DNA from: Ignavibacteriota bacterium
GTDB lineage: Bacteria > Bacteroidota > Ignavibacteria > UBA10030 > UBA6906
Reading direction: 5' to 3'
DNA length: 64,000 nucleotides
NCBI GenBank assembly: GCA_963801355.1
Contig: CAWDEM010000008.1
Location: 1,696,001-1,760,000 of the forward strand
Positions 28,158 to 37,154 of the stretch are shown here, one piece after another. The notes beneath the pieces were generated by a model. The model had not been told where the DNA came from. It saw only the letters and a program-made list of their open reading frames with translations, and did not search any database. Position 1 is the stretch's first letter. Every line of letters begins with the position of its first letter. A program made the position numbers and the translations under genes.

Positions 28158-31100
28158 CTACTTCAACATCAACATTTTCTGCACAAGGGCAGATTGACCT
28201 GCTTCCAGTCGGTAGAAATAGAGACCGCTGCCGACCGCTCTTCCGAGGTCGTCCTTGCCGTCCCAGGTCACTTCGTACCGCCCGGCCGCACGTGCTTCAT
28301 TGACAAGCGTCCGCACCCTCTGACCGAGAACGCTGTAAATCATCAGAGTGATGTTCCCATCCCGCGGCATGGCATATTGGATCTTCGTCGAGGGATTGAA
28401 AGGATTCGGATAGTTCTGGCCCAGCTCGAACGTGCTTGGCACCGCGTCACCATGCGTGACACCGGTCGTCGCACCCACAACCTCAACGGTGAGGTCGTCA
28501 AAGTAGATCGTTCCGGTGAAGCGCGCATACACATGCAGACGCACTTCAAGGGCTGTTGCATTCACTCCTGTGGGTACTTCGATGTCCAGCGTGTATGGCG
28601 TCCAGTTGAATTGCGTCACACGCGGGAATGTGAAGGTATAGTCAATCCCAGGCCCGACATTGCTATAGCCAAGGTTATTCCCGTTGCCCGTGAAAAAGAG
28701 CGGTGTGAATCCGACCGACCACGTCCCGGGATACATCGCTGCAGAATCCGGTACCAGATTGCTCGCTTTGATCCAGACCGTCAGCCGGAGGATGTCGCCT
28801 GCACGTGCGCTGATCGTTGTGATGTCTTTCGTGGAGCTTGTCGCATTCAGGAGACCGTTGCCGGCCGAAGCATCAAGCATGAAGCGCTTCGTCCCGACGA
28901 ACCCATCATGGGGTACCCGGTCGAACGGCAGGTCGAACTTCAGCGAGTATACCCCGCTGTGCGCGGCTTCCGAGGTCACCATCGTGTTCTCGAAACCGTC
29001 GTTCAGCAACCCGTCGTTCCCGCCGTTCGGCGGCAGCCAGTAGTACCACCCTGTCGGCACACCCAGGTTTGTGTTCCAGTCCTGTCCGGCCCAGGCACCT
29101 GCACGACCGTAGAACATGAAGTCGTCCGCCCACACCGTCCCTGTTGCATTCTTCCCTGCCACGAACTTCACGATCGTCTTCCAGGCATCCTTCGGAAGAA
29201 TCACCGATCCCACCGCGTTCGTGTCTGCTATCCAGCCGCCGCTTGATGCCGCACTCTGGCTGACCGGCAGCTTCACCGATCCGATCAATGCACCCGCACT
29301 GTCCCAGAACGTGTACGATATATACCACTTCGCATCTTCCGTCGCCGGTGCCGTGTTCACACCCTGCGTCCGCACGTATGCACCCAGGAAGATGTCCACG
29401 TTTTTCGAATGCGTCGGTGACCAGATGTCGCACATGTTGTCCGATATCCACGCCGCTGAATCCGCCGTCGCCGACGGTTTCACGATCTTCAGCGAATGAC
29501 CCATCGTATGGGACTGATCCGTCGCCCAGCTCAATGTCGCACCTGCCGGCTCGTTCCCCTTCGTCCAGTACGACGGCAGTGTCTGCTCGAAGCTCCCGAT
29601 GCCGCTGATAGCAGGAACATCAAGCTTCTCTATCGTCAGATCGTCGAAATAGATGGTGCCTGTGAAGCGGGCATAGACATGGAGACGCGTCTCGAGGGCT
29701 TTGGCATTCACACCCGTCGGGACCTGAATATCCAGCGTGTACTTGGTCCAGTCAAACTGCGTGACCGCCGGGAAGGCCCACGTGTAGTCATTCCCCGGCC
29801 CGACATTGCTGTAGCCAAGGTTGTTTCCGTCGCCGGTGAAAAAGAGAGGTGTGAGTCCTACCGACCATGTGCCCGGATACATCGCTGCAGAATCAGGCAC
29901 GAGGTAGTTCGCCTTGATCCAGACGCTGATCCGCAGCATGTCGCCTTCCTTGATACCCTGCAAGCTGGTAAGGCTATTGACACTACTCATGCCAGCCGGC
30001 ATGGCGCTGGAGCCGTCAAGCATGTACCTCCTCGTCCCGACAAACCCATCATGGGGTACCCGGTCGAACGGAAGCTCGAACTTCAGCGAGTATGCCCCGC
30101 TGTGTGCAGCTTCCGAGGTCACCATCGTGTTCTCGAAACCGTCGTTCAACAACCCGTCGTTCCCGCCGTTCGGCGGCAGCCAGTAATACCACCCTGTCGG
30201 CACTCCCAGGTTCGTGTTCCAATCCTGACCGGCCCAGGCACCTGCACGACCGTAGAACATGAAGTCGTCTGCCCACACCGTCCCTGTTGCATTCTTCCCT
30301 GCCACGAACTTCACGATCGTCTTCCAGGCATCCTTCGGAAGAATTGTCGATCCCACCGCGTTCGTGTCTGCTATCCAACCGCCACTTGATGCCGCGCTCT
30401 GGTTGACCGGCAGCTTTGCCGTCCCGATCAGTGCGCCCGCACTGTCCCAGAACGTGTACGAAATATACCACTTCGCGTCTTCCGTCGCCGGCGAGGTGTT
30501 CACACCCTGCGTCCACACATATCCACCGAGGAAGATATCTACGTTCTTCGAATGTTGCGGTGACCAGATATCGCACATGTTGTCCGATATCCACGCCGCT
30601 GAATCCGCCGTCGCCGACGGTTTCACGATCTTCAGCGAATGACCCATCGAGCGGGACTGATCCGTCGCCCAGCTCAATGTTGCTCCTGCCGGTTCGTTCC
30701 CTTTCGTCCAGTAGGACGGCAGTGTGCCTTCGAACCCCCCGATCTTGGCAACTTGAGGTACATCCAGTTTTTCGATCATCAGGTCATCAAAATAGATGGT
30801 GCCCGTGAAGCGAGCATAGACATGGAGACGCGTCTCGAGGGCTTTGGCATTGACGCCCGCCGGGACCTGAATATCCAGCGTGTACTTAGTCCAGTCAAAC
30901 CCCGTGACCGCCGGGAAGGCCCACGTGTAGTCATTCCCCGGCCCGACATTGCTGTAGCCGAGATTGTTTCCGTTCCCGGTAAACCACAGCGGCGTGAGTC
31001 CGACCGACCACGTTCCGGGATACAACGCCGCAGAATCCGGCACGAGGTTGCTTGCCTTGATCCAGACGCTGATCCGCAGCATGTCGCCTTCCTGAATCGG

Positions 31101-31937
31101 CACCCCTGCGCCCAGATCTTTGAAGAGATAACGTTTCGTGCCAACGAATCCGTCATGCGGTACGCGTGTGAACGGCAGGTCGAACTTCAGCGAGTATGCC
31201 CCGCTGTGTGCGGCTTCCGAGGTCACCATCGTGTTCTCGAAACCGTCGTTCAACAACCCGTCGTTCCCGCCGTTCGGCGGCAGCCAGTAATACCACCCTG
31301 TCGGCACTCCCAGGTTCGTGTTCCAATCCTGACCGGCCCAGGCACCTGCACGACCGTAGAACATGAAGTCGTCTGCCCACACCGTCCCTGTTGCATTCTT
31401 CCCTGCCACGAACTTCACGATCGTCTTCCAGGCATCCTTCGGAAGAATTGTCGATCCCACTGCGTTCGTATCACCAGCCCAGCCGCTAATCGTGGCAACA
31501 TTCTGATTGATCGGCAGCTTTGCCGTCCCGATCAGTGCACCCGCACTGTCCCAGAACGTGTACGAGATGTACCACTTCGCGTCTTCCGTCGCCGGCGACG
31601 TGTTCACACCCTGCGTCCGCACATACGCACCGAGGAAAATGTCCACGTTCTTCGAATGCGTCGGTGACCAGATGTCGCACATGTTGTCCGATATCCACGC
31701 CGCCGAATCCGCCGTCGCAGACGGCTTAGCGATCTTCAGCGAGTGACCCATCGAGCGGGACTGATCCGTCGCCCAGCTCAACGTTGCCCCTGCCGGCTGG
31801 CTCCCGATCGTCCAGTACGACGGTAGTGTGCCTTCAAACCCCCCGATTGCGGTCAGGTTTGCGGGCTGTGCAAATCCCGACCAAGCCACGAGGGCAGTCA
31901 GGACCAACAACCATAAGATACTTGTACGCCACATCAT
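28158..31937 (-). CDS. T9SS-secreted protein of three tandem ~370-380-aa Trp-rich CBM4/9-like repeat units plus a FlgD-Ig-type CTD
   Basis: Signal peptide; three copies of IGxFExTLPSYWT...GTVWADDF...GFENT...AHSGAYSLKF...GTIYFDDL; CTD LGQNYPNPFNPST...WDGKDDLGRAVGSGLYFYRL...KMLMLK. Confidence 0.88.
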   Translation of the reverse strand: MMWRTSILWLLVLTALVAWSGFAQPANLTAIGGFEGTLPSYWTIGSQPAGATLSWATDQSRSMGHSLKIAKPSATADSAAWISDNMCDIWSPTHSKNVDIFLGAYVRTQGVNTSPATEDAKWYISYTFWDSAGALIGTAKLPINQNVATISGWAGDTNAVGSTILPKDAWKTIVKFVAGKNATGTVWADDFMFYGRAGAWAGQDWNTNLGVPTGWYYWLPPNGGNDGLLNDGFENTMVTSEAAHSGAYSLKFDLPFTRVPHDGFVGTKRYLFKDLGAGVPIQEGDMLRISVWIKASNLVPDSAALYPGTWSVGLTPLWFTGNGNNLGYSNVGPGNDYTWAFPAVTGFDWTKYTLDIQVPAGVNAKALETRLHVYARFTGTIYFDDLMIEKLDVPQVAKIGGFEGTLPSYWTKGNEPAGATLSWATDQSRSMGHSLKIVKPSATADSAAWISDNMCDIWSPQHSKNVDIFLGGYVWTQGVNTSPATEDAKWYISYTFWDSAGALIGTAKLPVNQSAASSGGWIADTNAVGSTILPKDAWKTIVKFVAGKNATGTVWADDFMFYGRAGAWAGQDWNTNLGVPTGWYYWLPPNGGNDGLLNDGFENTMVTSEAAHSGAYSLKFELPFDRVPHDGFVGTRRYMLDGSSAMPAGMSSVNSLTSLQGIKEGDMLRISVWIKANYLVPDSAAMYPGTWSVGLTPLFFTGDGNNLGYSNVGPGNDYTWAFPAVTQFDWTKYTLDIQVPTGVNAKALETRLHVYARFTGTIYFDDLTIEKLDVPAISGIGSFEQTLPSYWTKGNEPAGATLSWATDQSHTMGHSLKIVKPSATADSAAWISDNMCDIWSPTHSKNVDIFLGAYVRTQGVNTAPATEDAKWYISYTFWDSAGALIGSVKLPVSQSAASSGGWIADTNAVGSVILPKDAWKTIVKFVAGKNATGTVWADDFMFYGRAGAWAGQDWNTNLGVPTGWYYWLPPNGGNDGLLNDGFENTMVTSEAAHSGVYSLKFDLPFDRVPHDGFVGTKRFMLDASAGNGLLNATSSTKDITTISARAGDILRLTVWIKASNLVPDSAAMYPGTWSVGFTPLFFTGNGNNLGYSNVGPGIDYTFTFPRVTQFNWTPYTLDIEVPTGVNATALEVRLHVYARFTGTIYFDDLTVEVVGATTGVTHGDAVPSTFELGQNYPNPFNPSTKIQYAMPRDGNITLMIYSVLGQRVRTLVNEARAAGRYEVTWDGKDDLGRAVGSGLYFYRLEAGQSALVQKMLMLK
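28480..31850. repeat. Three near-identical intragenic direct repeats, periods 1143 and 1104 bp
   Basis: The anchor GTCGCCCAGCTCAA occurs at 29521, 30664 and 31768; long stretches are identical at DNA level. Confidence 0.92.
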
Positions 31938-32072
31938 GGTTCACCTCCATACAGTTAATGAATTGTTGACTCGTGCCCCTCCAGCTTGTTGATTCACCAA
32001 AACGAGGGGCACAGTGCTCGTTCCAACTATCGGCATTGTGATGCTCTGCCCATGCATTGTGTTGGGACGGCA

Positions 32073-33113
32073 CTAGGGGTACTTCATGGAATTACCAACG
32101 GTGGATTCACGGATGATCAACTCCACAGGGACGTGGGTAGTGATCAAGGTCCGGGTTTTCGACTTAATCATTTCCACAAGGCGAAGGACGGCGAGCTTCC
32201 CCATCTCCTCCTTAAACACTCTCACGGTTGTGAGCGGCGGTTCGACGTGCGAGCTCATTTCTATGTCATCAAATCCCACAACGGCGATGTCGTCCGGGAT
32301 TTTCATGCCCCTGTCGCGGAGGAAGCGGGCGCAACCGATGGCCATCGCATCGTTTGCCGCAAACACCGCAGTCGGGTGCTTATCCTGTTTCAAGATCTTC
32401 GCCATTGCCTCCTCGCCATCGATGCTCCGGAGGCTTGGTTGATCGTGAACGATCAATGATTGATCGGGAAGAATGTTGCGTTCATGCATTGCATCCTGAA
32501 AACCGCCGAACCGTTCAGCGATGCTCGGATGTCGGATATCTCCCGCAATGAATGCCACGGATCGGTGCCCTCGATCCAGCAGATGCAGGACCGCCGCGCG
32601 CGCACCGGTCCGGTTGTCGATCAGGACGGCAGAGTGGAGCCGCTTCTTCGATTCATAGTCTACTAGGACAAGCGGCAACCCGAGCGCATCGATATAGTCG
32701 ATCAGTTTTTCGGTCACTTTGCCGGCGATGATCACGCCGTCCACGTTCCGTTCGAGGAGAAATCGCGGGACATCCTTTGACGTGTTAAATGTTTTGCCGA
32801 TGGTCGTGAGCAGGATGTAGTAGTTGTGCTTCCGGGCTTCGAATTCCGTTCCGAGGAAAATCTTCGTGTAAAAGGGTTCCGCTTGGGAGAAATGGTAGTC
32901 GGAGAGGATGAAACCGAGGTTTCCGCTGGTTTGCGAGGCCAGGCCCCGGGCCGAACGGTTCGGGTGGTACGATAGCTCCTCGACAATTTTGCTGACCTTC
33001 TCGCGTGTTTTGGGGCTGACATACCCGCGTTTGTTAATGACAAGGGAGACGGTCGAGAGCGATAGGCCGGAGAGTCTTGCCACATCCTTGATTGTCGAGC
33101 GTTTCTTCTGCAT
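32073..33113 (-). CDS. LacI-family transcriptional regulator
   Basis: TIKDVARLSGLSLSTVSLVIN HTH; YHPNRSARGL hinge; PTAVFAANDAMAIG, DDIAVVGFDD and PPLTTV. Confidence 0.95.
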   Translation of the reverse strand: MQKKRSTIKDVARLSGLSLSTVSLVINKRGYVSPKTREKVSKIVEELSYHPNRSARGLASQTSGNLGFILSDYHFSQAEPFYTKIFLGTEFEARKHNYYILLTTIGKTFNTSKDVPRFLLERNVDGVIIAGKVTEKLIDYIDALGLPLVLVDYESKKRLHSAVLIDNRTGARAAVLHLLDRGHRSVAFIAGDIRHPSIAERFGGFQDAMHERNILPDQSLIVHDQPSLRSIDGEEAMAKILKQDKHPTAVFAANDAMAIGCARFLRDRGMKIPDDIAVVGFDDIEMSSHVEPPLTTVRVFKEEMGKLAVLRLVEMIKSKTRTLITTHVPVELIIRESTVGNSMKYP

Positions 33114-33117
33114 GGCA

Positions 33118-33135
33118 TCTCAAACCGCTTTGAGA
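33118..33135. promoter_or_regulatory. Secondary LacI-type operator immediately upstream of the lacI start codon
   Basis: Near-perfect palindrome TCTCAAACCGCTTTGAGA with central CG, resembling the main operator core. Confidence 0.6.
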
Positions 33136-33220
33136 CCAATCGCAGGAACACCACTGCAAATCTGGACTACATGGGCAATTCTTGGCTAAAGAGAGGTATT
33201 TCTGATCCCAATTTCACGAA

Positions 33221-33242
33221 AATATCGAAGCGCTTCGATATT
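33221..33242. promoter_or_regulatory. LacI-type operator, perfect 22-bp palindrome
   Basis: AATATCGAAGCGCTTCGATATT; AAGCGCTT core typical of LacI/GalR sites; overlaps the predicted -10 and start site. Confidence 0.8.
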
Positions 33243-33266
33243 ACAGAAGTCCTGGGACAAAGTCAA
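33238..33266 (-). promoter_or_regulatory. Sigma70-type promoter for lacI and the sugar locus
   Basis: Minus strand reads TTGACT-N17-TAATAT. Confidence 0.7.
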
Positions 33267-33409
33267 GTGTTATTGGGAGCTAGTCCCGTAGTTTTTGGAG
33301 CTAATCCTTTAGATGGAGAGACGCAACTCCCCGGCGGGTTTCACTGTATACCAAGGAGGGGACGCAAGTGCGTTCATCCTCGCGACAAAAGAGGGCAAGA
33401 GGGACCTCG

Positions 33410-34531
33410 ATGACTGAACCAATACGGCAGGACCCGAAAATCTGGGGTACTCTCCGGGCCGACATGCAGCGCGGACATTTCTTCCGGAACGTCCGCGACG
33501 AGGGACGCGAAATCCGCGACTTCTATCTCACCGAAGAGAAACGCGACGCACTCGTCAAAATGTCGGCGGTCAAGCGTTGGTTCCTTGTGGCTTGGTGGGT
33601 CCTCAAAAGCATGTTCTTCAAGCTAACCCCGGTCAGACGAATACTCCTGGCGGCGGGAATTGTCTTGATTATCAGTGCAGGTGCCACTTTCTCCGACAAC
33701 AACGGCGGGGGAGCCTCACAGAATTTCGGAGCGAGTCTGTTCTTCGGGGTAACTGCACTCCTTCTTGTGCTTCTCCTCGAACTGAAAGACAAATTGCTCG
33801 CACACAGCGAGCTTCAGGATGGACGCGCCATCCAGCGCGCAATGCAGCCGGAATCCTCCCCCACCGTTCCCGGTTGGGACATCTGGTTATATACCTATCC
33901 GGCAAACGAAGTGTGCGGAGACATCCTCGATTTCTTTCCGTTCAACGGCAAGCACTACGGGATCGTCACGGGTGATGTCGCAGGAAAAGGATTGGGTGCC
34001 GCCCTTCTCATGGTGAAGATCCAGGCACTGGTGCGCGCCTTCGCCCCGGAGATCCCGGCCCTCACATCGCTCGCTGCAAAGATCAACGAGATTCTTCTCC
34101 GTGACAGGATACCTGCAAGATTTGCGTCAGTGCTGCTCCTCCAATTTGCCCCGGATTCGGGCACCGTCCGCTACCTGAACGCCGGTCACATGCCTCCCCT
34201 GCTTATCTCGGAAAACGGTCTTACGGAATTGGGCAAAGGTAACTGTGCAATCGGTCTCGCGCAGGACACAACGTTTGAGCAGAAGGAGCTGGAGATGGCT
34301 CCCGGTCAGACCCTCGTCCTCTATTCAGATGGCATTACGGAGGCCGAGAATAATACTCGCGAATCCTTCGGATTGCAGCGCCTCGAGACACAATGCAGAT
34401 CCGCTTCCGGACTCCGGGCACAGGCATTCGGTGAAAAACTCGTAGCCGGTGTTGCCGCGTTCGTCGGCGAGGAACGGCGCAAGGATGATATCTCGCTTGT
34501 GGTCCTCCAGCGCTCTCCATCCCTGACTTAA
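33410..34531 (+). CDS. Membrane-anchored PP2C/SpoIIE (RsbU-like) serine phosphatase
   Basis: Two TM segments; EVCGDILDF, GDVAGKGLGAALLM, NAGHMPP, LYSDGITEA and DDISLVV. Confidence 0.9.
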   Translation: MTEPIRQDPKIWGTLRADMQRGHFFRNVRDEGREIRDFYLTEEKRDALVKMSAVKRWFLVAWWVLKSMFFKLTPVRRILLAAGIVLIISAGATFSDNNGGGASQNFGASLFFGVTALLLVLLLELKDKLLAHSELQDGRAIQRAMQPESSPTVPGWDIWLYTYPANEVCGDILDFFPFNGKHYGIVTGDVAGKGLGAALLMVKIQALVRAFAPEIPALTSLAAKINEILLRDRIPARFASVLLLQFAPDSGTVRYLNAGHMPPLLISENGLTELGKGNCAIGLAQDTTFEQKELEMAPGQTLVLYSDGITEAENNTRESFGLQRLETQCRSASGLRAQAFGEKLVAGVAAFVGEERRKDDISLVVLQRSPSLT

Positions 34532-34585
34532 AAGTCTGACTTTTTTCCCAGACTTTTTACCTCGGCTTTTTCCCCAGGCTTTTTA
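34522..34585 (+). repeat. Left RAYT-flanking array of ~12-13-bp degenerate units (GTCTGAC/CCCAGAC/CTCGGC/CCCAGGC + T5-6)
   Basis: aaaagtctgactttttt cccagacttttt acctcggcttttt ccccaggcttttt; the first unit forms the palindrome AAAAGTC-T-GACTTTT. Confidence 0.7.
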
Positions 34586-34681
34586 CCAACCGCAGTCGAA
34601 AATCGGACCTCCGGCAGGTAGTAACAGTACGGTCCGTTTGGACTCATATATGAAAACTCGAACGGCTATTGAAAATTCAGT

Positions 34682-35269
34682 ATGAATGTAAGAACAATTG
34701 ATTTGCGCAGAGAAAACGCTTTCTTCCACGCGCTCAATCGTGGTGTAGACCGTCAGCAAATCTTCTTTTCCCCCGCAGACTACCAATGTTTCCTTGACAT
34801 CCTGCAAAGATTCCTTGATCCGTCCACTGTGGTTCTTCTGGCGTTCGCGCTGATGCCCAATCACTACCATTTGATAGTTCATCAGCTATCTCCGTATGCA
34901 ATCAGCCACCTCATCAAACGCGTATGTGAACGCTACGTCAAGTACATCAATCGCAAGAGAAAGCGGGTCGGCCATCTTTTCCAAAGTCCTTATATCCCTA
35001 AGCTGGTTGATAAGGAATCATACCTACTCTATCTATCACGCTACGTACATCTGAACCCGGTCTCAGGTGGGCTGGTGAAATCGCCGGAGGATTGGCCATT
35101 CAGCAGCTGTCAAGCATATAGAGGAGGGATGCCCAACGGATTCGTGGACTCTCGTTTAATATTGGATCTTGCTGGCGGACCGGAGAGATACCAGGACTAT
35201 CTCCACAAACCCTTCGTGGAGTGCGACATGCCTCTTGACAAGTATTTGATTGACCGGGAATTCCTTTGA
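34682..35269 (+). mobile_element. rayT: REP-associated tyrosine transposase (RAYT, Y1/HUH, IS200-like superfamily)
   Basis: FHALNRGVDRQQIF, LAFALMPNHYHL (HUH), GHLFQSPY, RYVHLNPV (catalytic Tyr) and DWPFSS. Confidence 0.9.
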
Positions 35270-35308
35270 AACTGGAGCTTCCAAGATGTCCGGTCCAGAA
35301 TTCTCGAA

Positions 35309-35410
35309 GTCTCGGATTTTCCCCTGGCTTTTTTGCCTGACTTTTTTGTCTGACTTGTTTGTCTGTGTCTGACTTGTTTGTCTGACTTTTTTGTCAGGCT
35401 TTTAAGTCTG
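35309..35410 (+). repeat. Right RAYT-flanking array of ~13-bp units, consensus GTCTGACTT(T/G)TTT
   Basis: cccctggctttttt gcctgactttttt gtctgacttgttt gtctgt gtctgacttgttt gtctgactttttt gtcaggctttt; same orientation as the left array. Confidence 0.8.
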
Positions 35411-35507
35411 GGTCTTGCTTTTCCAAACGCGGAGGCATATATTCATCCAACCCGACAATACGTGACATCGCTTCGCTAACCCAGACCCGTCATCCCGGCA
35501 ACCCTCC

Positions 35508-36920
35508 ATGGCAAACAGAACCCAGGCGTCAGCTGCAACTGTGGATGAGTTCGAACGCGAACCTGTCCCACAGAACAAACTCAAGGGCCTGCGCAGTTTC
35601 GTCGGCATGTACGCCGGCGAGCATGTTGCCGGCACGGAGTTCATGATCGGCCCGCTCTTTCTTGCGGCAGGCGTCAGCGCTTTCGACCTGCTCGTAGGGC
35701 TCCTCGTGGGAAACCTGCTGGCTGTCTTGAGTTGGGCGTTCATCTGTGCACCCATCGCAACAGGCGTACGCCTCACACTCTATTACAAACTCGAGAAAAT
35801 CTGTGGTACCCGATTGGTGATTCTCTACAACCTCGCCAATGGTTTACTTTTCTGTTTTCTTGCTGGAGCGATGATATCCGTTTCCGCAACGGCGGTCGGC
35901 CTTCCGCTGAACATGCCGATGCCCTCCCTCACCGATTGGCTGCCGACCAGCCTGGTCTGGGTTCTTGTTGTCATTGCCATCGGCACTGTTTTTTCGTATG
36001 TCGCAGCCAGAGGCTACGACGCAATGGTGCGTGTGGCAAACACCTCCGCTCCCTGGATGGTCCTGGTTTTCGCGGCCTGCGGCATCATCGCTCTGCGGGA
36101 ACTCGGGGTGACTTCGCTTACCGACTTCTGGAGCGTGGCGAAGGAGAGAATCTGGACCGGAGGAGATCCGATGCCAGGTCAAACCAAATTCACTCTCTGG
36201 CATGTGATCTTTTTCTCGTGGTTCTGCAACGCAGCGATGCATATGGGGATGGCCGATCTCTCGATCTTCCGCTACGCAAAGAAATGGCAATACGGATTTG
36301 CCTCAGCCGCGGGGATGTTTGTCGGGCATTACCTCGCCTGGATTGCGGCGTCACTTCTCTTCGCGGCACAGCTGGCGCGCAATCCGGCGGACACGACCGT
36401 GGCCCCCGGCCCCCTGGCCTACAACGCCGTCGGCATCGCCGGCCTGGTCTGCGTCATCCTCGCGGGCTGGACCACCGCCAATCCGACCATCTATCGCGCC
36501 GGCCTCGCCTTCCAGGCAATCTTCCGCTCAGCCTCCCGCATAAAGGTTACATGGGTTGCGGGGGCCCTCGCAACATTCGGTGCTATCTTCCCGGCGCTGG
36601 CGATGAAGCTGCTCGACTTTGTCGGGTTCTATGGAACGATTCTCATGCCGATGGGAGCAGTCGTTGTCGTGGACTACTACCTCCTCAAGAAATTCGGGAT
36701 GGTTTCGGACTTCGCAGAGCGCTCTCACCTTTTGTTCAACATGGCTGCGGGAGGCGCATGGATCATCGCCCTTGCCACGTGCGCCCTGCTCAATACGCTC
36801 GCGGGAGTGCAGATCTACTTCCTTGCGCTCCCCGGCTGGTTGACCGCCGGACTACTCTATCTTGTCCTCAGCGTGTTTGTTCAAAGGAACCGGACGCCAC
36901 TCACAACGGGGATTGCCTGA
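35508..36920 (+). CDS. NCS1 / purine-cytosine permease-like transporter
   Basis: EFEREPVP N-terminus, about 12 TM segments, DLSIFRYAK and AGWTTANPTIY. Confidence 0.8.
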   Translation: MANRTQASAATVDEFEREPVPQNKLKGLRSFVGMYAGEHVAGTEFMIGPLFLAAGVSAFDLLVGLLVGNLLAVLSWAFICAPIATGVRLTLYYKLEKICGTRLVILYNLANGLLFCFLAGAMISVSATAVGLPLNMPMPSLTDWLPTSLVWVLVVIAIGTVFSYVAARGYDAMVRVANTSAPWMVLVFAACGIIALRELGVTSLTDFWSVAKERIWTGGDPMPGQTKFTLWHVIFFSWFCNAAMHMGMADLSIFRYAKKWQYGFASAAGMFVGHYLAWIAASLLFAAQLARNPADTTVAPGPLAYNAVGIAGLVCVILAGWTTANPTIYRAGLAFQAIFRSASRIKVTWVAGALATFGAIFPALAMKLLDFVGFYGTILMPMGAVVVVDYYLLKKFGMVSDFAERSHLLFNMAAGGAWIIALATCALLNTLAGVQIYFLALPGWLTAGLLYLVLSVFVQRNRTPLTTGIA

Positions 36921-37120
36921 TGAGGAAGCTCTTTCTCGCACTCAGCGTCGCAGGTCTCATCCTCACGCTTCTCGCCCCACTTCTCGCGTTCGGCGGGACA
37001 ATCGACCACGACGCGGTCAAGCATATGATGATGGCGGGAATGATTCTCTGGTTCGCCGGAACTGTGCCCAAGGTCCGGGCTGGCAGGACCGGGAGAGCTG
37101 AGCGAGACATTGGTGGGTAA
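36920..37120 (+). CDS. Small two-TM membrane protein (66 aa) coupled to the permease
   Basis: ATG overlaps the permease stop (TGATG); MRKLFLALSVAGLILTLLAPLLAFGG...MMMAGMILWFAG. Confidence 0.7.
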   Translation: MRKLFLALSVAGLILTLLAPLLAFGGTIDHDAVKHMMMAGMILWFAGTVPKVRAGRTGRAERDIGG

Positions 37121-37154
37121 GACATGCGTTTCAGAACGGGGCCGGTTGCCCGAC

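Noticed and set aside
28480-31850. Possible diversity-generating retroelement template/variable repeats
   Set aside because: Repeats are in-frame domain triplications, the differences are not adenine-specific by eye, and there is no reverse transcriptase in the window.
35309-35410. Possible CRISPR array
   Set aside because: Units are about 13 bp and adjacent, with no unique spacers; no cas genes in the window.
35732-36919. First ~395 aa of the 462-aa ORF 35732-37120
   Set aside because: Alternative frame over the NCS1 permease; only the last 66 codons look like a real membrane protein.
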